Below, in pieces: positions 51,489 to 59,513 of a stretch of DNA of 64,000 nucleotides. The position numbers were made by a program, and so were the translations under genes. A model generated the notes under the pieces. The model was not told the origin of the DNA. It made no database searches and worked only from the letters and a program-made list of their open reading frames with translations. This stretch comes from Ignavibacteriota bacterium (lineage in GTDB: Bacteria > Bacteroidota > Ignavibacteria > UBA10030 > UBA6906): positions 15,459 to 79,458 of the forward strand of contig PMJR01000078.1 in the NCBI GenBank assembly GCA_003158475.1. The letters are read 5' to 3'. Within the stretch, counting starts at the first letter, position 1; each line of letters begins with the position of its first letter.

Positions 51489-54400
51489 TCACTTTGTCCG
51501 CCCCGACACTTCATCATCGCTTAAATTCTCGATGTGATCGAGGAGCTTCTCCTCGATCGCCAGAGCCAGCGCACCGACCGTGGGGTATTCAAAAACACTC
51601 ACCAGCGAGAGATCAATCTGCCATCGGTCACGGATGCGCGAGACGACCTGCATTGCGAGAAGCGAATGTCCGCCCAGCGAGAAAAAATTGTCATTGATGC
51701 CCACACGCTCGACACCAAGGGTACGGGCGATGATTCCTGCCAGGGCCTTCTCGGTCGGCGACATCTCCTCCCCCGTCACATCCCCCCCGTCCACTGCCCC
51801 CCGTGGTGCCGGGACGGAAAGAAGCATGCGATCGACTTTGCCGTTGGAATTGCGGGGGAGCGCATCACAAAAGACGAATGCGGACGGGATCATGTATTCG
51901 GGCAGTTTCAGCTTCAGAAACTCCCGCAACGCGATGGCACGGTCGGCGGATCCCCCGTCCATGGCACAGTGTGCAACCAATCGTCTGTCGCCCGGCGCAA
52001 CCTCGGTGACGGTGACCACCGCCTCGCGAATGCCCGGATGCCCGGCGAGAACCGCCTCGATTTCCTCGAGCTCGACCCGGAAGCCCCGGATCTTTACCTG
52101 GTTGTCGACCCGGCCGATGAATTCGATGTTCCCGTCAGGGGAGAACCGGCCAAGATCGCCCGTCCTGTACAGGCGCTCCGGGAAGTCGGAACCGGCGGGA
52201 CCCGTCACGAAATTTCGCGCAGTCAGATCCGGACGGTTGAGATATCCTCGGGCGAGACCATCGCCTGCAACGAACAGCTCTCCGGGAATCCCGACAGGGA
52301 CAGGCTGCATAAACCTGTCCAGTATGTATACCCGGGTATTCCGGATGGGATGTCCGATCGGAACGGAGGTCGTAATCCGGGTCTTATCGGCGACGGTGTA
52401 ACAACAGGTGAACGTTGTATTCTCTGTCGGTCCGTAACCGTTGATCAACCTGCACCGGGGGTGCCGTTCCAGGAATTTCCTCACCTGCGGAACCGAGAGA
52501 ACTTCCCCGCCGGTGAGCAATTGCCGCACGCCCCCCAGGAGGTCCAGCGGTCCATCAACCATCTGGTGGAACAGGGAAGCCGTCAACCAGAGCGTCGTCA
52601 CACCCCTGTCCCTGATAACGCGGCCGAGCTCGTCGAGAGAGGGAAGGTGTCGGGGGAAAATGACGAGCCGGGCTCCGTTCAACAGGCTCCCCCAGAGCTC
52701 AAATGTGGACGCGTCGAACGAAATGGATGAAAACAGGAGGAAGACTTCGCCGGAGTTCAATGTCGCATAATCATTTGATCTGACCAGACGCACGACCCCG
52801 CGATGAGGGACGCACACGCCCTTCGGGACACCCGTCGAGCCGGAGGTATACATCACATATGCCAGCGCGTCCGGCGAACCCGCGGGGGGAAGGTCTTCAT
52901 CGCTTTCGCGCGCGATATCTTGCCATTCCGCGTCCAGCAAGATCACCTCCGCAGACCCGGGAGGAAGTTCATCCTTATGCGACCGGTGTGAGAGGATGAT
53001 GCTCACATGGGCATCATCGAGAATAAACGAGACCCGTTCGCGGGGGTACGAAATCTCCAGGGGAACGTATGTTCCTCCGGTCTTCAGAATGGCGAGCAGG
53101 CCGACGATCAAGTCGGCCGATCGGTCCAGGGCAACACCGACGCAGGATTCCGGCCCCACTCCCCGGGCACGAAGGAAACGCGCAAGCCTGTTCGCCCGCG
53201 AATTCAAGTCCCGGTACGTGACCTGATGGAGATCATCGTGCAGGGCAACCGCGTCGGGCGATTTCCGGGCCTGCTCCTCGAAGAGAGCGGAAATTGTCAT
53301 TCCCGAGGGATAGTCGGACTGCGTGGCGTTCCACGTGGTCGTCACCTTGCGCCTTTCCGCCTCGGTCATCATCGGGATCTGCCAGAGACGCCGGCCGGGA
53401 TCTGCCACAATCCCTTGGAGGAGAGCGATGAAATTCCCGGCCATGCGCCTGACGGTCTCCGGTTCGAACAGGTCCGCACTGCACTGGAGCCATCCCACCA
53501 ACTCACCACTTCGTTCCATCATTGAAAGCGTCACATCAAACTTCGCCGTATCTGTGCCGACGTCGAGCTTGTTCGCGAGGTTCCGCCCCAGCGTGATTCG
53601 CCCTTCAGGGGCGCTCTGCAGCACAAACATCACCTGAAAGAGGGGAGAATGCGTGAGACTTCGTTGCGGGTGGAGTTCCTCTACAATCCTCTCGAATGGG
53701 ACTTCCTGATGTTCGAGTGCCCCCAGACAGACTTCGCGCGTGCGTTTCAACAACTCCCGGAATGTCGGGTTTCCCTCCATGTTCGTCCGCAAAACGAGTG
53801 TGTTCACGAAAAACCCGGTCAGGCCCTCAATTTCCATGCGCGTGCGCCCGGCAATGGGTGTTCCGACGATCAGATCATCCTGACCGCTGCACCGGGAAAG
53901 CAGGACGTCGAATGCCGAAAGCAGGGTCATGAACAGTGTCACCCCCTCCTCCCTGCTGAGCTGCGTCAACCCGGCATAGAAAGAAACCGGGACGGTGAAA
54001 AATTCAGTCACCCCCGTTTGGGTCTGTACCGCAGGGCGCATCCTGTCCGCCGGCAGTTCCAGCACCGGCAGGGTCCCTCCCAGCTTTTTCCTCCAGTAGG
54101 CAAGTTGTTGTTCGAGGACCTCTCCCTGCAGCCATTCCCGCTGCCAGAGCACGTAATCCCCGTACTGGATGGGCAGATCCGGCAGCACGTGTTCCCCCCC
54201 GCGGGGAGTCGCTTCATAAAGGGCGGACAACTCCCCGAAGAATACGTTTTCGGACCACCCGTCGAAGACGATGTGGTGGAACACGAGCACCAGCAAATAT
54301 TCTTGCTTGCCCAACGTGATGAGTGCCACCCTCATCAACGGGCCCCGTTCCAGATCAAACCCCCTGTGCGCTTCCTCATGAACGAGGAGCATGGCCGCAG

Positions 54401-54812
54401 ACTCACGATCTCCTTCCGCCACAGAACGGAGGTCCCGGATGTCCACGCTCACGCCCGTTGCGGGGCCGACTTTCTGGAGAGGGTCTCCGTCCACGGAGGT
54501 GAACGTCGTCCGCAACACCTCGTGCCGGCGCACGATCTCCGTCAATGCGCTCTCCAGGGCTTCCACGGACACCTCCCCGTGCAACCTGTAGGCGTACGGG
54601 ACGTTGTAGGTTGACCTGCCGGGCGTCAAACGGTCCAGAATCCACAAACGCTGCTGTGCGAATGAAAGGGGGAAGGGGCCCTTCCTCTCGCGGCGGCCGA
54701 TGACGACGGAGTGCCCCGGCGCCCCTGCACCTGCAAGTCGCTTCGCCAGCAACTCCCGCTTCGACGCAGAGAGCGTCGACCGACGTCCTGTCACACCGTC
54801 CGGATCAGCCAT
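51489..54812 (-). CDS. NRPS module 2: C-A-T (predicted Val)
   Basis: C: LSFAQQRLWILDRLTPGR, HHIVFDGWS. A: YVMYTSGSTGVPKGV, NGYGPTE, YRTGDL, GRVDNQVKIRGFRVELEEIE, NGKVDR. By-eye Stachelhaus code DAFWLGGTFK, the canonical Val-type code. T: FFSLGGHSLLA. ATG at 54810-54812 overlaps the upstream stop by 8 nt. Confidence 0.93.
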   Translation of the reverse strand: MADPDGVTGRRSTLSASKRELLAKRLAGAGAPGHSVVIGRRERKGPFPLSFAQQRLWILDRLTPGRSTYNVPYAYRLHGEVSVEALESALTEIVRRHEVLRTTFTSVDGDPLQKVGPATGVSVDIRDLRSVAEGDRESAAMLLVHEEAHRGFDLERGPLMRVALITLGKQEYLLVLVFHHIVFDGWSENVFFGELSALYEATPRGGEHVLPDLPIQYGDYVLWQREWLQGEVLEQQLAYWRKKLGGTLPVLELPADRMRPAVQTQTGVTEFFTVPVSFYAGLTQLSREEGVTLFMTLLSAFDVLLSRCSGQDDLIVGTPIAGRTRMEIEGLTGFFVNTLVLRTNMEGNPTFRELLKRTREVCLGALEHQEVPFERIVEELHPQRSLTHSPLFQVMFVLQSAPEGRITLGRNLANKLDVGTDTAKFDVTLSMMERSGELVGWLQCSADLFEPETVRRMAGNFIALLQGIVADPGRRLWQIPMMTEAERRKVTTTWNATQSDYPSGMTISALFEEQARKSPDAVALHDDLHQVTYRDLNSRANRLARFLRARGVGPESCVGVALDRSADLIVGLLAILKTGGTYVPLEISYPRERVSFILDDAHVSIILSHRSHKDELPPGSAEVILLDAEWQDIARESDEDLPPAGSPDALAYVMYTSGSTGVPKGVCVPHRGVVRLVRSNDYATLNSGEVFLLFSSISFDASTFELWGSLLNGARLVIFPRHLPSLDELGRVIRDRGVTTLWLTASLFHQMVDGPLDLLGGVRQLLTGGEVLSVPQVRKFLERHPRCRLINGYGPTENTTFTCCYTVADKTRITTSVPIGHPIRNTRVYILDRFMQPVPVGIPGELFVAGDGLARGYLNRPDLTARNFVTGPAGSDFPERLYRTGDLGRFSPDGNIEFIGRVDNQVKIRGFRVELEEIEAVLAGHPGIREAVVTVTEVAPGDRRLVAHCAMDGGSADRAIALREFLKLKLPEYMIPSAFVFCDALPRNSNGKVDRMLLSVPAPRGAVDGGDVTGEEMSPTEKALAGIIARTLGVERVGINDNFFSLGGHSLLAMQVVSRIRDRWQIDLSLVSVFEYPTVGALALAIEEKLLDHIENLSDDEVSGRTK

Positions 54813-57800
54813 GGGGTTTTTCCCCGGCAGTAAAAAGATGTGCATTTCGTTCACGGACCGTCTCCTCATCCGACAGTCTCTCGACTTCTTCCAGCAACCT
54901 CCGCTCGATGGTGGAAGCCATGGCAGAAAGCGACGGCGCGTCGAACACGTCCGGAAATCGCAGATCAATGCTCCACCGGGCATGGATGCGCGACACAAGC
55001 TGCATCACGAGCAGGGAATGGCCGCCGATGTCGAAGAAATTGTCGGCGGCTTTTATCCCCTTCACGCCGAGCAACTCCTCCCAGAGTTGGCTCAGGGACT
55101 CCTCGATCGGCGTCAAAGGCGTCTCCAGGACCTCCTGTTCATGGATCAAATGACTGCCATGCGCGGAAAGGGCGTGCCGGTCCACCTTCCCTCTTGAATT
55201 CAACGGCATGAAGTCGACCCGGGCAAAAACCGCCGGCACCATGTACTCAGGAAGCAGCCTTCTGGCGTGAGCTCGCAGCTCGTCTCCCGCAAGGGGTGAT
55301 TCACCTCCGGGGACGAAATACGCCTCCAGCCGCTGCTCACCATTGGGTCCTCTTCGCACGATCACCGCGGTTTCACGCACCCCGTCATGCTCGAGCAACA
55401 CTGATTCTATTTCGCCGAGTTCGATCCGGTACCCGCGGATTTTCACCTGGTCATCGGTGCGACCGAGGAACTCCAGGGTCCCGTCCGGAAGATACCTGGC
55501 AAAGTCCCCGGACCGGTACAGCCGGGATGCAGGATCACCGGAGAATGGATCCCGCACAAACCGTTCCGCCGTAAGTTCAGGACGATTCAGATACCCGCGG
55601 GCCACACCGGCCCCCCCGATACAGAGCTCGCCTGGAACGCCGACGGGCAGAGGCCGCATTTCGCGATCGAGCACGTAAAGACGCGTATTCGCGATCGGCC
55701 TCCCTATGGGGATCGAGCCTGCAGGCGGGATACCTGCTGGAACCCGGTAGACGGAGCAGCCGACAACGGTTTCCGTCGGACCGTATTCATTAAAAAGAGC
55801 TGCTGCGGGAGCTATCTTTTGCCAACGGACGGCGAGGTCCGCCTTCAGATTCTCCCCCCCTATGACAAATGTCACCTTCAGAGCCGCGCCCGCTCCCGGA
55901 GGAATGAGCGCTGCGAGCAGCTCCAGATGAGCGGGGGTGATTTTTACAAGGCTGCAATCAGCGTGCGCCAGGAGCACTGCGGAGAGATCCTCGGGTCGTG
56001 ACGATTCCGGCAGAAGATGAACGGTGCGACCACACAGAAGAGGCGAATACAATCCAGTGACGGTCAGATCAAAGGCCAGAGGACTGTGCACGAGCGAGCC
56101 CCCCCCCCGGCGCACATCGTACGCCTCCGTGCACCAGAGAAGGTAATTCGACAGTCCACGATGCAGAACAACGGTCCCTTTAGGCCTCCCTGTCGATCCC
56201 GACGTGTAAATGACGTAGGCGGCATTCTCGGGCCCCGCACGGCCCGGCATGTTTGCCGCCTTCATTGCGTCACCAGCGTGATCCGCCCCAGGCATTTCCT
56301 CCGGAAATACGAGGGGTACCCCCTGCCTGCTGAAGAGACCGGCCAGATTCCTCGAAGCAATGACGAACGACGGACGGGCATCATCCTGAATGAATCGCCG
56401 ACGATCTTCAGGGAGCGCCGGGTCAAGGGGGAGGTATGCGCCTCCGGCTTTGAGAATTGCAAGGAGACACATCACCATTTCGCACGACCTCTCCAGGGCG
56501 ATCCCCACTACAACTTCCGGCCCAACCCCGAGCGCCGAAAGATGGCGAGCGAACAGGTTTGCGCGATGGTTCAGCTCCCCGTAAGTCCACTGGTCTTTCC
56601 CGCAGGAGACCGCCACGGCTTCCGGGGACAGGTCTGCCTGAACTTCGATGAGCTCGTGAACACACGGAGGCGGGCTGCCGGCGACGTCTGTGGCGTTCCA
56701 TTCCCACAGGATCTGCCGTTCTTCTTTCTCCGTAAGCAGAGGGATTTCGCCCACGCGTTGATCGTGGCGTGCCGCCATGGAGGTCAAGAGAGTCTGCAGG
56801 TGCCCCAGCATCCGTTCGACAGTCGGGGGAGTGAAACGGGCCCTGGAGTAGGTCAATCGCAACACACCTTCCTCACCGTGGATCTCGAACACCAGCGGAA
56901 AGTGTGTCTGGGAAAGCACGGAGAACTCGCGTTCGCCCCGGGCGGCCCTCCGGGATCGCATCTGCGCCTTCAGGCCCAGGTGATCATAGACAAGGAGCGT
57001 CTCAAAGAGAGCCCTGCCTCCGGCCACCCGGCTCCATCCCCGAATCCGTCCGAGCGGTGTTTGCTCGTGCTGGCGGACAGCCGAATGGTCCCGTCGCAAT
57101 TGTCGTAGCAACTCCATCAGCGGCGTCTCCGGCGGGACGCGGACCCTGAGCGGGACGGTATTGATGCAGCAGCCGAGGATCCTCTCCGCACCGTTCACCG
57201 TCGACCTGCGACAGGCCCTCGTCTCCCCGAAGACGACGTCCGTGACTCCGCTGTAGCGACTCAGCAGCAGCCCCCAGGCCGCGTGGAACACGGTGCTCAA
57301 TGGTACCTGTGATGCAGCGACCAGCTCGCGGAGCCCTGAGAGCACCGGGGGGGGAAGCTGCAGAGCGCATCTGCCGACGGCAAGGCCCTCCCCCCCCGGG
57401 GACCCGGGCTCCGGAGGAAGCGGTGTCGGGTCCGTGAACCCCCGGAGATAGTCCGTCCAGAACGATTCAGAGCGGTCGTGATTCCTTTCACGTGCCCAAT
57501 CGATGTATGCGCGGAACGGGACCCGCTCTTCCACCACCGGTACCGTCCCGGCGCACAGGCATTCATATGTCAGGAAGAGTTCTTCGAGCAGGAGCGGAAA
57601 TGCATGGCCATCGAGGAGCATGTGGTGCAGCGTCACGACCAGGAATGACTGATCAGCGTCCATTATGAACGCCGCCAACCGGACGAGGGGAGGGCTGCCG
57701 GGGTCGAATCCCCTCCTGCGGTCTTCTTCCAGGTGGACGTCGAGGAGTTCCCTCCCCTCCCCCGAAGACATCATGCTCCAGTCACTGATGAGGATGGCGG

Positions 57801-58050
57801 CATCGACCGAGCGGTGCACATGCTGCAGCGGCGCTCCGTCACCGCCCCAGCGAAAGGAAGTCCTGAGGACCGGGTTCCGATCGACAACCGATCGCCATGC
57901 CTTCTCCAGCAGAGCCGGCTCGATATGCTCATGGAGCAGACAGACGATCTGGACGATATTCACCCCGCTCCCGGGGGCAAACTCGTGATTGAAGAGCATC
58001 CCCTCCTGCATGGGCGAAAGCGGGTATGCGTCGATGATCTCCCGTGTCAT
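54805..58050 (-). CDS. NRPS module 1: N-terminal (starter-position) C domain-A-T (predicted Asn)
   Basis: C: DAYPLSPMQEGMLFNHEF, HHMLLDGHAF. A: YVIYTSGSTGRPKGT, NEYGPTE, YRSGDF, GRTDDQVKIRGYRIELGEIE, RGKVDR. By-eye Stachelhaus code DLTKVGEVGK, an Asn-type code. T: FFDIGGHSLLV. I prefer ATG at 58048-58050 (MTREIIDAYPL). The track start at 58185 would read through the strong hairpin at 58096-58128 and overlap the dehydrogenase gene. Confidence 0.93.
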   Translation of the reverse strand: MTREIIDAYPLSPMQEGMLFNHEFAPGSGVNIVQIVCLLHEHIEPALLEKAWRSVVDRNPVLRTSFRWGGDGAPLQHVHRSVDAAILISDWSMMSSGEGRELLDVHLEEDRRRGFDPGSPPLVRLAAFIMDADQSFLVVTLHHMLLDGHAFPLLLEELFLTYECLCAGTVPVVEERVPFRAYIDWARERNHDRSESFWTDYLRGFTDPTPLPPEPGSPGGEGLAVGRCALQLPPPVLSGLRELVAASQVPLSTVFHAAWGLLLSRYSGVTDVVFGETRACRRSTVNGAERILGCCINTVPLRVRVPPETPLMELLRQLRRDHSAVRQHEQTPLGRIRGWSRVAGGRALFETLLVYDHLGLKAQMRSRRAARGEREFSVLSQTHFPLVFEIHGEEGVLRLTYSRARFTPPTVERMLGHLQTLLTSMAARHDQRVGEIPLLTEKEERQILWEWNATDVAGSPPPCVHELIEVQADLSPEAVAVSCGKDQWTYGELNHRANLFARHLSALGVGPEVVVGIALERSCEMVMCLLAILKAGGAYLPLDPALPEDRRRFIQDDARPSFVIASRNLAGLFSRQGVPLVFPEEMPGADHAGDAMKAANMPGRAGPENAAYVIYTSGSTGRPKGTVVLHRGLSNYLLWCTEAYDVRRGGGSLVHSPLAFDLTVTGLYSPLLCGRTVHLLPESSRPEDLSAVLLAHADCSLVKITPAHLELLAALIPPGAGAALKVTFVIGGENLKADLAVRWQKIAPAAALFNEYGPTETVVGCSVYRVPAGIPPAGSIPIGRPIANTRLYVLDREMRPLPVGVPGELCIGGAGVARGYLNRPELTAERFVRDPFSGDPASRLYRSGDFARYLPDGTLEFLGRTDDQVKIRGYRIELGEIESVLLEHDGVRETAVIVRRGPNGEQRLEAYFVPGGESPLAGDELRAHARRLLPEYMVPAVFARVDFMPLNSRGKVDRHALSAHGSHLIHEQEVLETPLTPIEESLSQLWEELLGVKGIKAADNFFDIGGHSLLVMQLVSRIHARWSIDLRFPDVFDAPSLSAMASTIERRLLEEVERLSDEETVRERNAHLFTAGEKPHG

Positions 58051-58095
58051 ATCTTTGCCGAGCTTCCCCCCGGAGGGGGGTGTGAGAACAAAATC

Positions 58096-58128
58096 GGGCA
58101 GGACATTTGCATGAACAATGTCCTGCCC
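58096..58128 (-). terminator. Strong hairpin (11-bp perfect stem, 11-nt loop) followed by a U-rich run; putative intrinsic terminator or attenuator between the dehydrogenase gene and the NRPS operon
   Basis: GGGCAGGACAT (58096-58106) pairs with ATGTCCTGCCC (58118-58128). On the minus strand the hairpin is followed by GATTTTGTTCTC. It lies 17 nt after the stop at 58145 and 46 nt before the NRPS1 ATG. Confidence 0.45.
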
Positions 58129-58144
58129 GCGGAGAAACCATGAG

Positions 58145-59446
58145 TTACGCCCTGAAGATGATCCCGTCCCTGTCCGGTGCGACATGCCGTGTGTCGACGA
58201 CCGGGGTTTTGAACACCGTGAGATCCATCTTCCTGTACTCGTCGTGCGCCGTGGCTACGAGGATGAGGTCGTACCCCGCGGCAACCGGCACCGATTTTCT
58301 CCCTGCATATTTTGCGAACTCGCGGGAAGGTCTGATCACCGGAATGTACGGATCATTATAGCTGACGGTTGCCCCCTTCTCCTCGAGCTTTTCCATCAGA
58401 TGGTAGGACGGCGATTCCCTGTCATCGTCCACATTCGCCTTGTACGCGAGACCGAGCATCAGGATCTTCGCGCCCTTCAGCGCCCGTCCGAACTCGTTGA
58501 GCACCTCCATCACCCGCTGGACCACGAATTCGGGCATCCCAGAGTTGATCTCTCCCGCGAGCTCGATGAACTTCGTCGGCGCGCCGTATTCGCGCGCCTT
58601 CCAGGTGAGATAGAACGGGTCGATCGGAATACAGTGCCCGCCAAGGCCCGGGCCGGGATAGAACGGCATGTAGCCGAACGGCTTCGTCTTCGCCGCTTCG
58701 ATGACCTCCCAGATATCGATCCCCATGCGCATGAATGTCATCTTCAGCTCGTTCACGAGCGCGATGTTTACCGCGCGGAACGTGTTCTCCACAAGCTTTG
58801 CCGCTTCCGCTGCTTGCGTCGAGGAGACCGGGACGGTCCGGACCACGATCTGCTGGTAGATCTTCTCGGCGACCGCCAGCCCCTCCGGCGTGGTCGAGCC
58901 GACCACCTTGGGAATGGTCTCCGTCGTGTAATCGGTACGGCTCGGATCCTCCCGCTCGGGCGAAAACGCAACGTAGAAGTCCCTGTCCACCTTCAGTCCG
59001 TTCCGCTCGAGAATCGGGATCATGACTTCCACGGTCGTCCCCGGATACGTCGTCGACTCGAGAACGATCATCTGATCCCTGCGCACATGGGGAGCAATGC
59101 TCTCGCACGTGGAAACAATGTACGACATGTCGGGTTCGCGGTTCTTGTTGAGCGGCGTAGGCACCGCGATCAGAAGCACATCGCATTCCTTTGCCTTTGC
59201 AAAGTCGGTCGTGGTCGTCAGTAAACCGGAGGACGCCGCCCCGGCGACCCGTGTCGCCGGTATGTGTTTGATGTAGGACTGGCCCCTGGCGAGGGCTTCA
59301 GTTTTCTTGCCGTCGATATCGAGCCCGATGACATGGAACCCCTTCTCAACGAAGCAGAGGAGCAACGGCAACCCGACATAGCCGAGGCCGACGACGCCGA
59401 CCACGGACTGTTTTTTATCGATCTTGGAGAGGAGTGTGGAATTCAT
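58145..59446 (-). CDS. Nucleotide-sugar dehydrogenase (UDP-N-acetyl-hexosamine dehydrogenase clade: WbpO/TviB/WecC-like)
   Basis: VVGLGYVGLPLLLCFVEKGFHVIGLDID, ESTTYPGTT, FSPEREDP and the catalytic-Cys context GGHCIPIDPFYL. Confidence 0.9.
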   Translation of the reverse strand: MNSTLLSKIDKKQSVVGVVGLGYVGLPLLLCFVEKGFHVIGLDIDGKKTEALARGQSYIKHIPATRVAGAASSGLLTTTTDFAKAKECDVLLIAVPTPLNKNREPDMSYIVSTCESIAPHVRRDQMIVLESTTYPGTTVEVMIPILERNGLKVDRDFYVAFSPEREDPSRTDYTTETIPKVVGSTTPEGLAVAEKIYQQIVVRTVPVSSTQAAEAAKLVENTFRAVNIALVNELKMTFMRMGIDIWEVIEAAKTKPFGYMPFYPGPGLGGHCIPIDPFYLTWKAREYGAPTKFIELAGEINSGMPEFVVQRVMEVLNEFGRALKGAKILMLGLAYKANVDDDRESPSYHLMEKLEEKGATVSYNDPYIPVIRPSREFAKYAGRKSVPVAAGYDLILVATAHDEYRKMDLTVFKTPVVDTRHVAPDRDGIIFRA

Positions 59447-59513
59447 GGTAATGTTTTCTTGCGCCTGATTGTGACTTGATCTGTGAAGGATACAGCCCTA
59501 TTCGTGCCGCAGG

